Positions 9,980 to 24,956 of a stretch of 64,000 nucleotides of DNA are shown here, one piece after another. The position numbers were made by a program, and so were the translations under genes. Every line of letters begins with the position of its first letter. Position 1 is the stretch's first letter. This stretch comes from an uncultured Chloroflexia bacterium (GTDB lineage Bacteria > Chloroflexota > Limnocylindria > Limnocylindrales > CSP1-4), in assembly GCA_963748675.1 (NCBI GenBank), contig CAVVJX010000004.1:77767-141766 (forward strand), read 5' to 3'. A model generated the notes under the pieces. That model did no database searches. It worked only from the letters and a program-made list of their open reading frames with translations, and was not told where the DNA came from.

Positions 9980-10639
9980 TCGACGCGGTCATCTTCGATC
10001 TGGACGGCGTGCTCGTGGATTCGGAGATCTGGTGGGACGAGGTGCGCACCCAGTTCGCGGCCGACCACGGCCGGCCCTGGACGAAGGACGACCAGGCGGC
10101 CGTCATGGGCGCGAACTCGGGGGCCTGGTCGCGGATCATGCGCGATCGCCTGGACCTGCCGATGCCCGAAGGGGACATCGAGCGGGCCATCGTCGACGGG
10201 GTGGTCGCGCGATACGCCCGTGACGGGGCGCCGCTCATCGACGGCGCGGTCGAGGCCGTCCGCCGGATCGCGGCGACGCTGGCGGGTCGCGATCGCGTCA
10301 TCGGCCCACGCCGAGGTCATCGCGGCCGCCCTCGAGTCGACCGGGCTGACCGACACCTTCGAGGTCGTCGTCTCGTCCGACGAGGTGGCCCACGGGAAGC
10401 CGGCGCCGGACGTCTATCTCGAGGTCGCGCGACGCCTGGGGGTGGTGCCGGCGGCCGCCCTCGTCGTCGAGGATTCGCGCAACGGCGTCCGGGCAGCCAA
10501 GGCCGCCGGGATGACCGTGGTGCTGGTCCCGAACGCCAGCGTGCCACCGGCGCCGGGCACCGCCGAGCTCGCCGACGTGGTCCTCGAGCGGCTGGCCGAC
10601 CTCGACCCGGCGACCGTCGGGCCGGCGGCGCCGCGGTGA
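9976..10639 (+). CDS. HAD-superfamily hydrolase (beta-phosphoglucomutase/phosphatase-like)
   Basis: Motif I is (L)IDAVIFDLDGVLVDSE, followed later by ...VVSSDEVAHGKPAPDVYL...VVEDSRNGVRAAKAAGM. One frame break near 10285. There is no ATG/GTG/TTG start in frame, so the best candidate is CTG 9976. Confidence 0.75.
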
Positions 10640-11454
10640 CGACCGCGCGATCCAGCGCGCGCACGATCCATCCGTGGCGGCGGACGATCCGGTACTACCT
10701 CTCGCGGATCGTCGTCGCGGTGCTGACCCGCGGCTGGCTCCGCGTCCGGCTGGAGGGACGGGAGCGGCTGCCGGCCGGCCCGGCCATCTATTGCTTCAAC
10801 CACCTGAGCTGGTCCGACCCGTTCATGCTCATGGCCATCCTGCCGTTCCGGCCGCGGCTCTTCTTCTTCGGTCCGAAGGAGGAGGACATGCACGTCGGTG
10901 GTCGGAACCGGGTCATGCACTGGACCGGGACGGCGATCCCGTACAAGCCCGGCAAGAACGACCTGCTGGAGGCGACCCGGCGCGTGGGCGCCGTGATCGA
11001 CGCCGGCGGGATCGTCGCGATCGCCGGCGAGGGCCGGATCCATCCCGGCGAGCGGGACCTGTTGCCACTCAGCGAAGGGGCCGCGTACTTCGCGCTCCGG
11101 TCGGGTGTGCCGCTGGTGCCGATCGCCATCAACGGGACGAGCTGGCTGCGCTTCGGCGGTCACGTCCGGGTCAGGGTGGGGGAGCCGCTGCCGACGTCCG
11201 GGCGCCCGACCCGGGTGGCGATCGGACACCTGACCGACGAGGTCTCCGCCGCCCTCCGTGCGATGGTCGCCGACGCACCCGACGTCCCGGAGCCGGGCCG
11301 CGTCGGGCGCTGGCTGACCGAGCAGTTCAACGACTGGCCCGAGGGCTCGCGAGCCGCGGCCGAGGCGGAAGCGGCCAGGGCGGCCGCGGCGGACCCGGCG
11401 CCGGTCGAGCACCTCGCGCCGCCGCCCCTCGAGGAACGCGCGACCGGCAGCTGA
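10636..11454 (+). CDS. 1-acyl-sn-glycerol-3-phosphate acyltransferase family protein
   Basis: The GTG start is in a GTGA overlap with the HAD gene. HX4D motif CFNHLSWSDPF and AIAGEGRIHPGE are present. The frame is intact. Confidence 0.8.
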   Translation: MTTARSSARTIHPWRRTIRYYLSRIVVAVLTRGWLRVRLEGRERLPAGPAIYCFNHLSWSDPFMLMAILPFRPRLFFFGPKEEDMHVGGRNRVMHWTGTAIPYKPGKNDLLEATRRVGAVIDAGGIVAIAGEGRIHPGERDLLPLSEGAAYFALRSGVPLVPIAINGTSWLRFGGHVRVRVGEPLPTSGRPTRVAIGHLTDEVSAALRAMVADAPDVPEPGRVGRWLTEQFNDWPEGSRAAAEAEAARAAAADPAPVEHLAPPPLEERATGS

Positions 11455-11540
11455 GGCGCCGGGATCGGGACCTGCGGCAGGCGCCCGGCGTGCCCGCTCT
11501 GGCATACTTCGCGGCGTCGAACGGTGACGCAGGAGGGACC

Positions 11541-11906
11541 GTGGGAGCCACCGGGCTGTCGAGCGATCCGAAGGAGTATCGGGCCCGTCTGGCCGAACAG
11601 GCCGACGGCCAGATCGACGCCTGGGTCGCCGAGTTGCTGCGGGACGTCGTCATCCGGCGCGGCATCGTCAAGGTCGTCGACGACTTCCGGCGCATGACCG
11701 GACTCGACGAGGCAGGTTTCGAACGCGTGTTCGCTTCTGGCGGCGGACCGCCCGCGTCCATCGGTCGCGACCGTGCCGGCCATCTCATCGTTCCGACCGT
11801 CACGCTCCATGCCCTGGTGCCGGGCCTGCGCTCGCAGGTCGCCGACGCCCGGGATCGGCTGATCGCCTACCTCGTGGCCAACTTCGGCGAGACCGTCTTC
11901 GTCTGA
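11541..11906 (+). CDS. Hypothetical protein
   Basis: AGGAGG lies 5 nt upstream of GTG 11541. Intact 121-codon high-GC3 frame. No family recognised. Confidence 0.45.
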   Translation: MGATGLSSDPKEYRARLAEQADGQIDAWVAELLRDVVIRRGIVKVVDDFRRMTGLDEAGFERVFASGGGPPASIGRDRAGHLIVPTVTLHALVPGLRSQVADARDRLIAYLVANFGETVFV

Positions 11907-11964
11907 GTCGTCGGCTACGGCCGACGACTCGTCGTCGGCCGCTGCCGACGCCGTCCCCTCCGTG

Positions 11965-12838
11965 ATGCCAGACCCCCGGCCATCGATCGGACGCCGCTCG
12001 GCGGAGCCATCCGCCTGACCCACCCGTTCCCGTCGTTGCTCGACGGTCTGGCGACCGCGGCCTTCGCCGCTGCTGGCGGGTGGCGACGCGCCGACCGCCG
12101 TCCGTCTCGGCGTCGCCATGACGTGCCTGCAGGCCTCGATCGGGATCCTCAACGACGTGATCGACGCGCCCCACGACGCGGGACACAAGCCCGGCAAGCC
12201 GATCCCGGCCGGGCTGGTCGCTCGGTCCGCGGCGCAGGTCGGCGTGGTCGTCGCCGCGGTCATCGGCCTGCTCCTGGCGGCGCCCTCGGGATGGGCGACC
12301 CTGGCGCTGGCGGTGGTGATCCTGGCGATCGGCTACGGCTACGACCGGTTCGCCAAGGGGACGGCCTGGTCGTGGCTGCCGTTCGCGCTGGGCGTGCCGC
12401 TCCTGCCGGTCTTCGGCTGGCTGGGGGCCGCGGGGACGCGTGCCGGTCTCGTTCGCGATCCTGCTGCCGACCGCCGTGGTGGCCGGGGCCGCGCTCGCGA
12501 TCGCCAATGCGCGCGCCGACGCCGAGCGCGATGCCGCCAGCGGGCGTCGTGTCGGTCGCGACCGCACTCGGTCCCGACCGGGCCTGGATCGTCTCGGCCG
12601 CCCTCTTCGGCTTCGTCGGCGGCATCGCCCTCGGCTCGCTCGATCGTCGCCGGGGCCGGCGCCGCTCCCGCTCGCCGGCGCCGCGGTCGGGGTCGTCGTC
12701 ATCAGCCTCGGGACGTGGCTCGGCCGCGACGATGACGCGGCTCGACGCGAGCGGGCGTGGGAAGCCCAGGCCGTCGGTGTCGCGGTGCTGGCGGCCGCCT
12801 GGCTCGCCGGGATGATGGGGGAGGGCGGCCTTGGCTAG
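11965..12838 (+). CDS. UbiA-family prenyltransferase
   Basis: Asp-rich motif ILNDVIDAPHDAGHKPGKPIPAG plus multiple hydrophobic segments. At least 5 frame breaks. ATG 11965 joins the UbiA frame if the C5 run at 11973-11977 is read as C6. Confidence 0.75.
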
Positions 12839-12844
12839 CCTCGG

Positions 12845-13878
12845 CTAGTCGTCGCTCCGGACCATCGCGATGGCGTTCTCCAGCTTGAGCTTCGTGATCG
12901 TCAGGTACTTGGCGAGGTTCGCCCGATCCGTCGAGGGGATGGTCTCCCGGACGTCGGAGCTGCGCAGGACCTCGACGAGTTCCTCGACCGCCTCGGCCAG
13001 ATGCTGCTTGGCGTTGACGAGCGAGTCCTCCGTCAGTTCGGTCCGGGCGCGGCCGGCCTCCCAGACCGTCGGTCGAGCCGTCCGAGACGGTCGGCGGGGC
13101 TTCGGTCGGCGCCGGGCCGTCGTCGTCGACGTCCGTGACGACGACGACGACATCGACCTCGTCGACGTCGACCACGACCTGGCGCGGCGTCCGGCGACCT
13201 TCGATCTTGTCGCGCAGCTTGACGAGGGTCAGCTCGCCGCGGGCGACCTGCTCGGCCAATCGGCGACGCTTCTTGGGGTCGTCGACCTTCATCAGCTCGT
13301 AGGCGTGGGACAGCGTGTCTTTGCGCAAGGACACCAGTTCGCGGACTTCGGCCGGGGCATCGGCGAGGCGCAGGCGGTTCTCGAGGTAGCCCTTGTCCTT
13401 GCCCAGCTTGTCGGCGAGCTTGCGGATGCTGTAGCCGTGCTCGCGGACCATGCGGTCGTACATCGCCGCTTCGTCGAGCGGCGACAGGTCCTCGCGCTGG
13501 AGGTTCTCGATGATGGAGATCTCGAGCGCCGTGTCGTCGTCGATCTCCTCGACGAGGGCCGGGATCGTGTCGAGTCCGGCGATGCGCGACGCGCGCCAGC
13601 GCCGTTCGCCCGCGATCAGCTGATAGCGCGTCGCGTCCAGCGGGCGGACGAGGATCGGCTGGAGGACGCCGTGCTCGCGGATGGACGCGGCGAGCTCGTT
13701 GAGGGTCTCCTCGTCCATGGCGAGGCGTGGCTGCTCGGGGTTCGGCTCGATGCGGTCGATCGCGACGATGCGGACGCCGACCGAGCGGATCGGGCCGTCC
13801 GAGCGACAGCAGGCTGATGATGGCCGGGGAGAGCTCGCGGTCCTCCGACGAGGCGGCGCGGCCGCGGCCGCGCGGAAA

Positions 13879-13892
<14 letters not shown>
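12845..13892 (-). CDS. parB: Chromosome partitioning protein ParB
   Basis: ...IDRIEPNPEQPRLAMDEETLNELAASIREHGVLQPILVRP...YQLIAGERRWRASRIAG. The C-terminus lies in another frame and ends at 12845. The N-terminus is uncertain; a candidate TTG at 13892 overlaps the parA end. Confidence 0.85.
13317..13332. repeat. Copy A of the GTCYTTGCGCAARGAC palindrome (inside the parB CDS)
   Basis: GTCTTTGCGCAAGGAC is the exact reverse complement of copy B. It extends to a 20-bp near-palindrome at 13315-13334. Confidence 0.9.
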
Positions 13893-14650
<758 letters not shown>

Positions 14651-14755
14651 GGGGGCATCACCTCGAATCCGTTGTCGATGGCACTCCGCAGCCGACGGAG
14701 TCGGGGAACAGCCTCGCCCATGCTACCCCCTCCGCATCGTTGACGGACAACCGGG

Positions 14756-14764
14756 TTATCCACA
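14756..14764. promoter_or_regulatory. DnaA box, perfect TTATCCACA
   Basis: Exact 9/9 match in the 244-bp parA/pccB divergent intergenic region. Confidence 0.6.
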
Positions 14765-14789
14765 GCATCGGCGACTTGTTCACCGAATT

Positions 14790-14798
14790 TGTGGATAT
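14790..14798. promoter_or_regulatory. DnaA box, 8/9 match, inverted orientation
   Basis: TGTGGATAT is the reverse complement of ATATCCACA. A weaker TCCACA core lies at 14810-14815. Confidence 0.5.
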
Positions 14799-14874
14799 CC
14801 GCGCATCGGTCCACACGTCCTGCGCCCCGGTCGGACGGGTTGGCGGGGCCGTCGCCGCGGCTATGATGACGACC

Positions 14875-14890
14875 GTCCTTGCGCAAAGAC
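14875..14890. repeat. Copy B of the palindrome, 4 nt upstream of the pccB ATG
   Basis: GTCCTTGCGCAAAGAC. It is an 18-bp palindrome with one mismatched pair when extended to 14874-14891. Confidence 0.9.
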
Positions 14891-14894
14891 GCCG

Positions 14895-16464
<1,570 letters not shown>

Positions 16465-16478
16465 TCGCGCCGGCGTCC

Positions 16479-16494
16479 GTCTTTGCGCAAAGAC
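16479..16494. repeat. Copy C of the palindrome, between pccB and pccA
   Basis: GTCTTTGCGCAAAGAC, a perfect 18-bp palindrome at 16478-16495. It lies 14 nt after the pccB stop and about 40 nt before the pccA start. Confidence 0.9.
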
Positions 16495-16535
16495 GCTCGA
16501 CCGATGAGGCGGTGAGGGCGGGGCAGGCCAGGCGG

Positions 16536-18622
16536 GTGGCCGGCCATTCCGCCGAGTCCTGATCGCCAACCGCGGCGAGATCGCCGTCCGGATCATCCGC
16601 GCCTGCCGCGAACTCGGGATCGGAGGCGGTCGCGGTCTACAGCGATGCCGACGCCGACGCGCTGCACGTCCGGCTCGCCGACGACGCCGTCCGCATCGGG
16701 CCGGCACCGGCCAGCCGAGAGCTACCTCCGGATCGACGCGATCGTCGACGCCGCGCGGGCGACCGGCGCCGACGCGGTCCACCCGGGCTACGGGTTCCTC
16801 GCCGAGCGCGCGGCGTTCGCCCGGGCCGTGACCGACGCCGGGCTCGTGTTCGTCGGGCCGACGCGCGGCCACGATCGAGGCCCTCGGCGACAAGCTCGCG
16901 CGCTCGCCGGCTGGCCCGGACGGTCGGCGGTCGAGACCGTGCCCGGGACGCTCGAGCCGCGCCCGTCGAGCGCCCGACGCGTTGCCCGCGATCGTCGCCG
17001 AGGCCGAGCGGATCGGCTTCCCGCTGCTGGTCAAGGCGGCGGCCGGCGGCGGCGGGCGCGGGATGCGGCGCGTCGAGCGCGCCGCGGACCTGCCCGCGGC
17101 GCTGAGCGCTGCGGCCGGCGGAGGCGGCGTCGGCCTTCGGCGACGGCGCGGTCTATCTCGAGCGGGAGATCCGGCCGGCGCGCCACATCGAGGTCCAGCT
17201 GCTGGGCGACGCAGGCCGGCCAGGTCGTCGCGCTCGGCGAGCGCGACTGCTCGATCCAGCGTCGCCACCAGAAGCTCGTCGAGGAGGCGCCGGCGCCCGG
17301 GCTTGACGGTCGCCGAGCGCCAGGCGCCTCCACGCGCTGGCCGTCCGGATCGGCGTCGGCGGCCGGCCTGACGCAACGCGGCGACCGCCGAGTTCCTGCG
17401 CGGCCCGGACGGCCGACTCTACTTCCTCGAGGTCAACACGCGGCTCCAGGTCGAGCACGGCGTGACCGAGCTGGTGACCGGCCTCGACCTCGTCCGGGAG
17501 CAGTTCGCCTCGCCGCCGGGCGAGCCGCTGTCCGAGGCCGTGCTCGCGCCGCCGCGACGCTGGCGACCGAGCCGGCCCGCCACGCCATCGAGGTCCGCAT
17601 CACGGCCGAGGACCCGGCGCGTGCCTTCGCGCCGACACCGGGCCGGATCCGGCGCTGGGTCGATGCCGGCCGGGCCGGGCGTCCGGGTCGACACCGGGCT
17701 CGGAGGAGGGGACCGGGTCCCGCCCGAGTACGACAACCTGATCGCCAAGATCATGGTCCGTCGGCGGCGACCGGGCACGCGGCCATCGCCGGCCTCCGCC
17801 GGGCCCTCGACGAGATCGAGGTCGGCGGCATCCAGACGACGCTGCCGTTCCATCGGTTCGTCGCGAGCCACCCGGCGTTCGCGCCGGGCCGAGCTGTCCA
17901 CCGACTGGGTCGAGGCGAGCACTGGGACGGGCCGGCGGAGCGCGACCGGCGTCGGCCGCCGAGGCCGCTCGCGGCCGGCCGCCGGCCGCCGCCTCGGGAT
18001 GCGGCGACCGGCCCGGCGTGCGGCCGCCGGGTCCGGGCGCGATCCGAGCCCGGCCCCGGCGACGACCGGCTGGGCGCGAGGCCGGCCGCGAGCGAGGCCA
18101 TCGACCGGTGGCCCGAGTGACGACGCGCTCCGGGTCACGCGACCGGGCGACGCGGCGCGGTCCTCGCCGAGGTCGACGTCGGGCCCGGCGGAGGCCCGCC
18201 CGACGGACCGGCGACCGGGACGCCCGTCCGGCCGCTGGTCGCTGCCGCTCGGGCCGCCGCCGATCGCCGCTCCGCGCGAGCGGCCGCCGGCAGGCGGTCG
18301 AGGTCGTCATCGACGGCTGGCGGTTCGAGCTCGAGGTCGAGGATGCCGACCGGGCCGCCCTCCGCGAGCCGGGCCACGCGCGGCCGGCGACGCGGCCGCG
18401 CACGACGGCCCCGCCGAGGTTCGTGCCATCATCCCGGGGCGCGTCGTGTCCGTGGCCGTGGGCCCGGGGACGCGGTCGACCGCGGGCGAGCGGCTGCTGG
18501 TCGGTGGAGGCGATGAAGATGGAGAACGAGGTCCGGGCGCCACGGGCCGGGATCGTCGACCGGGTCGCGGTCGGACGCCGGGCGAGACCGTCGAGCTCGG
18601 CGACGTCCTCGTGGTCATCGCG

Positions 18623-18626
<4 letters not shown>
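16536..18626 (+). CDS. pccA: Acyl-CoA (propionyl-CoA) carboxylase alpha subunit: biotin carboxylase plus BCCP
   Basis: [24 protein letters not shown]..., ...[17 protein letters not shown]..., ...[17 protein letters not shown]..., and the C-terminal biotinyl motif [10 protein letters not shown]. About 10 or more frame breaks. The start (GTG 16536) and the exact stop are uncertain. Confidence 0.85.
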
Positions 18627-20323
<1,697 letters not shown>

Positions 20324-20334
<11 letters not shown>

Positions 20335-20882
20335 CGGCCCGAGCGGGCGACGGCGCCAGTTCGGGCGCCACCGGTCCGTCGGCGTCCTGGACGCCAGCGG
20401 CGTGCGAGCGATCCTGCCGCTCTCGGCGACGACACGGTCGCACGAGCGCTCGCGGAGCCTGATACGCTCGATCTCGGTGAGCCGGCCCGGTCGTCTCGAC
20501 TCCGAGCCACGCGTGAGGTGCGGGATCGACCGTCGTCGTGGACGCCGCCGTAGGGCGGGTAGTCGGGCCAGCGCGTCGACCATGGCCTCCGTCAGGCGAC
20601 GGAACGGCTCGGTCGGTTCGGGCTCGATCCAGACCACGCCCGCGAAGCGACGCACGTTCGCGAACCGGACGTCGAACGGCCGGCACGAGCGCCGCGATCG
20701 CCGGCCAGGTCGCTCGCGCACGGCCGTCGGTCAGCGCGGACTCCGGCAGGAACGGAAAGAGGACGGTGACGTGCGGCGGGCGCCCCGCGCCGCCGCGAAG
20801 TCCCACCGGTCGCGGATCTCGGCGAGGCCGGCGGGATCGCGATCGGGACCGCGACGCCGCTGACCCGCGCCTGCATCTCCAT
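20324..20882 (-). CDS. 2H phosphoesterase (2'-5' RNA ligase/LigT-like) family protein
   Basis: Two HxT motifs are recoverable (PPHVTVLFPF and IPHLT) once 4 or more frame breaks are repaired. The 3' end is convergent with and abuts the mutase stop. Confidence 0.5.
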
Positions 20883-20954
20883 GGCACCGACAGCGTACGC
20901 TGCGCTCGGATGTCGGCGCCCGTCAGCGCCGCCGCATGTGAGGAGGATGCGCCG

Positions 20955-21434
20955 ATGCCGTCCGGGAGCCGCGCCGACGCCGTGCCGCCCGTCGATCGGC
21001 CGGCTCGGCAAGATCCATCACGTCGCGCTCGTCGTCGCCTCGATCGAGGCGACGCTCGGGTTCTGGCGCGACGCGCTGGGCCTCGAGCTCGAGACGGTCA
21101 TGGACATCCCGCAGCGACCGGGTGCGCATCGCGTTCCTCGGCGGTCGGCGAGTCGAAGGTCGAGCTGGTCGAGCCGACCGACGACACGACCGGCGTCGCC
21201 CGCTTCCTCGAGTCGAAGGGCGAGGGCTTCCACCACGTCTGCTTCGAGGTGCCGAACCTCGCCGAGACGCTGCTCCGCCTCGAGATCGACGGGCTGGAGC
21301 TCATCGACACGGCGCCGCGCCGCGGTGCGGAAGGGCCCGTGGCCTTCATCCACCCCCGCTCCTGTCACGGCGTGCTGGTCGAACTCATCGAGGCGCCGGG
21401 CGGCCCGGCCTGGCGGTCGCTCGGGTTCGAATGA
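20955..21434 (+). CDS. mce: Methylmalonyl-CoA epimerase (VOC/glyoxalase family)
   Basis: AGGAGG lies 8 nt upstream of ATG 20955. Product reads ...LGKIHHVALVVASIEATLGFWRDALGLE...GESKVELVEPTDDTTGVARFLESKGEGFHHVCFEV.... Two frame breaks. Confidence 0.85.
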   Translation: MPSGSRADAVPPVDRPARQDPSRRARRRLDRGDARVLARRAGPRARDGHGHPAATGCASRSSAVGESKVELVEPTDDTTGVARFLESKGEGFHHVCFEVPNLAETLLRLEIDGLELIDTAPRRGAEGPVAFIHPRSCHGVLVELIEAPGGPAWRSLGFE

Positions 21435-21478
21435 CGGCGCCCGGCCGCTGGCCGCGGACGGGTCAGTCGCGGACCGGG

Positions 21479-21737
21479 TCAGTCGCGGCGGCCGCGGGCT
21501 CGCGGGTCTTCCTTGACCGGCTCGGCTCGCGACCCGGGCGAGGCGGGTTCGGGAGCGTGCCGGGCGCCATGTCCGGTCGGCGGGGCTCGGGCCGCGGGCA
21601 CGGGCTGCCTCGACCGAGAGCGTGAAGGCCTTGGCGGTCGCCGTGGGCACGCTGCCCATCCAGGCGGCCTCGATCTCGGCCACGCGGGCGCTCTGGGCGG
21701 TGCGTCGCTCCCGCTCGGCCTTGGAGTGCTTCGCCAT
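21479..21737 (-). CDS. Small basic hypothetical protein (about 85 aa)
   Basis: GGAAGGAAGGA lies upstream of ATG 21737. MAKHSKAERERRTAQSARVAEIEAAW... has high GC3. One frame break is needed to reach ...EPVKEDPRARGRRD* (TGA 21479-21481). Confidence 0.4.
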
Positions 21738-21822
21738 GATCCTTCCTTCCGGAGTCGTGCGGCCGGACGGTGATGTGACCCGTTCCAAGGTGGCGCGACC
21801 GGGCAAGTCTACCCCGTGCGGC

Positions 21823-22294
21823 CTACCGCAGCGACCAGGCGAACAGCGACGTCCGGACGCCCGGTCGGCCCGGCGGCAGAACCGCACGACCTGGCCGGCC
21901 AGGTCGCGGATCCACGGCTTCTCCTCGCGCCGGCAGCACGCCGAGCTCCTCTTCGACGAGGTCGATCCAGCGGCCGGCGATGGCGTCGAGGGCGCGCGTC
22001 GGGGACGCGGGCGACGCGCGCTGATCCAGGTCGGGTCGATCCGCTCGATCGGTCCGATCGCCCTGCGCCTCGCCGGGCCCTTCGAGCTCGAGGCGCGCGT
22101 CGAGCAGGTCGGTCGGCTCGTCGCTGCCGGTGCACGGTCCGCGCCGCCTCGGCAGAACAGGTCGAGCCAGGTCGGATCGAGGCCGCCACCGAGCGAGAGG
22201 TGGGCGTCGAACCGTGCCGGTCGTCGAAGGCGGCGAGGTCGTCGAGGCCGATGACCAGGAGGATCTCGTGGGCATCGCCGGCGATCAGGTCCAT
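21823..22294 (-). CDS. Hypothetical protein, several frame breaks
   Basis: High-GC3 segments [25 protein letters not shown]... and ...[21 protein letters not shown]... run in the same direction. No family recognised. Confidence 0.3.
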
Positions 22295-22802
22295 CCGGGC
22301 GCGCCATCAGCGGCCCGTCGCTCGCGCTGTTCTCGGCGTAGTCGATCAGGTCGAGGTCGCCGGGCGAATGGCCGGCCGTCGGTCAGCAGGGCGGCCGCCT
22401 CGGATCGATGCTGGGTGCCGTGGTTGACGACGTGGAGCCAGCGCTCTGCCAGCAGCGGCGACGCCGTCGTCGAGCCTGGTCGAGCCACGCCTGGTCGATC
22501 GACGGCCGAGCCAGGCCTCGCAGGCCGTCCCACTCCGCGCTCCCAGCGCGGCCCGCAGCCCTCGAGCGTCGGCAGGGGCTCGCGTTCCGGGCGTGGCCGC
22601 TCCTCTGCATCCGGACAGGCCAGTGCCGCCAGCGCTGCGACGCGCCGAGGTGGTGGACGAGGATCCCGCCGAGACCGCGCTCGTCGATGGCGTTCTGGCG
22701 CCGACCAGGTCGCCTCGTCGATGCCCGACGGCCGCGTCGAGGATCTTCGCCGTACGCCCATCGATCGAACCCGAAGAGGTAGCGGATGTCGGTGACCAGC
22801 AT
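22285..22802 (-). CDS. DinB-family (DinB_2-like) protein
   Basis: [18 protein letters not shown]... and ...[21 protein letters not shown]. At least 4 frame breaks. It starts 10 nt after the sucD stop. Confidence 0.55.
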
Positions 22803-22811
22803 GTCGGACCC

Positions 22812-23703
22812 CTAGCCGCGGTAGCCGGCGTCGCGCAGGAGCGCCGGGAGCTCGGTGGGGGAGCCGGCGACGCGGAAGCCGGCCGCCTCGAGCGCCGCGA
22901 CCTTGGACGCGGCCGTGCCCGGCCCCGCCCGAGATGATCGCGCCGGCGTGGCCCATGCGCTTGCCCTCGGGCGCCGTCCGGCCGGCGATGAACGCGACCT
23001 TCGGGACGTCCCGGAGGTGCTCCGCGGCCCAGGCGGCCGCCGTCTCCTCGGCCGCGCCGCCGATCTCGCCGATCAGCACGATCGCGTCGGTCTCGTCGTC
23101 GGCCGCGAAGAGCTGGAGGACGTCGAGGAACGTGCGTCCCGATGATCGGGTCGCCGCCGATCCCGACGCAGGTCGACTGGCCGAGGCCGGCGTCGGTCAT
23201 CGCCTGGACCGCCTCGTAGGTGAGCGTGCCCGAGCGGCTCACGACGCCGACCCGCCCCTCGCGATGGACCGAGCCCGGGATGATCCCGACCTTGGCCCGG
23301 CCCGGTGACGTGGCGCCCGGGCAGTTCGGGCCGATGAGCCGGGCGCCGTGGGCACGGACGACCTCGACGACGCGGCGATCATGTCGAGCGCCGGGATGCC
23401 CTCGGTGATGCAGAAGATCGGTCGCGATCCCGGCCGCGGCGGCCTCCATCACCGCGTCGGGCGCGCCGCCGGCCGGGACGAAGATGCACGACGTGTTGGC
23501 GCCGGTCTCGCGGACGGCCTCGGCGACGGTGTCGAAGACCGGCACCGCTGCCGTCGAGCGCGATCTGGCCGCCCTTGCCGGGCGTCACGCCCGGCGACGA
23601 TCTGGGTGCCGTACGCCTGCATCGCCCGGGCGTGGAACTCGCCCTCGCGACCGGTGATGCCCTGGACGAGGAGGCGGGTCTCGCGACCGACGAGGATGCT
23701 CAC
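22812..23703 (-). CDS. sucD: Succinyl-CoA synthetase alpha subunit
   Basis: (GTG)[37 protein letters not shown]..., ...[13 protein letters not shown]..., and ...[14 protein letters not shown]. At least 4 frame breaks. Confidence 0.9.
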
Positions 23704-24890
23704 GCCGGCCGCTCCCCGGGATGCCGCCACGGCCTTGGCCGCGGCCTCGTCGAGCGACGTGGCGGTCTCGAAGCGGGCCTCCTCGAGCAGCGGCGGCCGC
23801 CTCCTCGGCGTTCGTGCCGACGATGCGCACGACCATCGGGACGTCGCGCGTCCTGCTGGGCGCGGGCCTCGATGAGCCCGCGGGCGACCTCGTCGCCGCG
23901 GGTGATGCCGCCGAAGATGTTGACGAGGATGGCGTCGACCTTCGGGTCCGCGAGGATGAGGCGCATCGCCGCGGCCACCTTGTCGGCCCGGGCGCCGCCG
24001 CCGATGTCGAGGAAGTTGGCCGGCTCGCCGCCGGCCCGCTTGACGAGGTCCATCGTCGTCATCGCGAGGCCCGGCGCCGTTGACCATGCAGCCGATCGTG
24101 CCGTCGAGCTTGATGAACGTCAGGCCGGCCTCGCGCGCCTCGCGGTCGGCCGGGCGCCTCGTCGTCGGGATCGCGCAGGTCCTCGAGACCCGGGTGGCGG
24201 GCGAGCGCCGAGTCGTCGAGCGTGATCTTGGCGTCGAGGCAGACGAGCCGCTCGACCGGCGTGCCGTCCGGCGCCGCGCTCGCGGACGATCGCGAGCGGG
24301 TTGATCTCGACGAGGTCGGCGTCGTAGGCGCGCATCGTGGTCACGAGGCCCTTGGCGATCGCCGACGGCCGCCTTGAGGTGCGCCGCCGAGGCCCATCGC
24401 GAACGCCAGGTCGCGCGCCTGGTAGTCGAGCAGCCCGAGGAGCGGGTCGGCGTGGCGCCGGATGATCGCCTCGGGGTGCTCGCTCGGCGACCACTCGATC
24501 TCGACGCCGCCCTCGGCGGAGCCCATCAGCAGGATCCGCCGCGTCGGCCCGGTCGAGCACGGCGGCGAGGTAGAACTCCTTGACGATGTCGGCCGCCGGG
24601 CCGATCAGGACCTTGCGGACGGTCATGCCCTTGATGTCCATGCCGAGGATCGCCCCGGCGACGCCTCCGGCCTCGTCGGCCGAGCCGGCGAGCTTCACGC
24701 CACCGGCCTTGCCCCGGCCACCGACGAGGACCTGGGCCTTGATGACGACCTTCCCGCCGACCGGACCCTCGGCGAGGAAGCGACCAGCGGCCGCGCGGGC
24801 CTCGTCGACGGTGTGGGCGACCTCCCAGGGGGGGACCGGCAGGCCCTGGGCGACGAGCAGCGACTTGGCGTCGGCTTCCTGGATCTTCAC
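23700..24890 (-). CDS. sucC: Succinyl-CoA synthetase beta subunit
   Basis: (GTG)[19 protein letters not shown]..., [20 protein letters not shown], ...EINPLAI..., and ...[13 protein letters not shown]. At least 5 frame breaks. Confidence 0.9.
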
Positions 24891-24956
24891 GGGCGACGGC
24901 GTCTCCGGGTGCGGCCGGGTTCGGGAGCGTGATGGTACCGGAGCCCGCCGGTCGGC

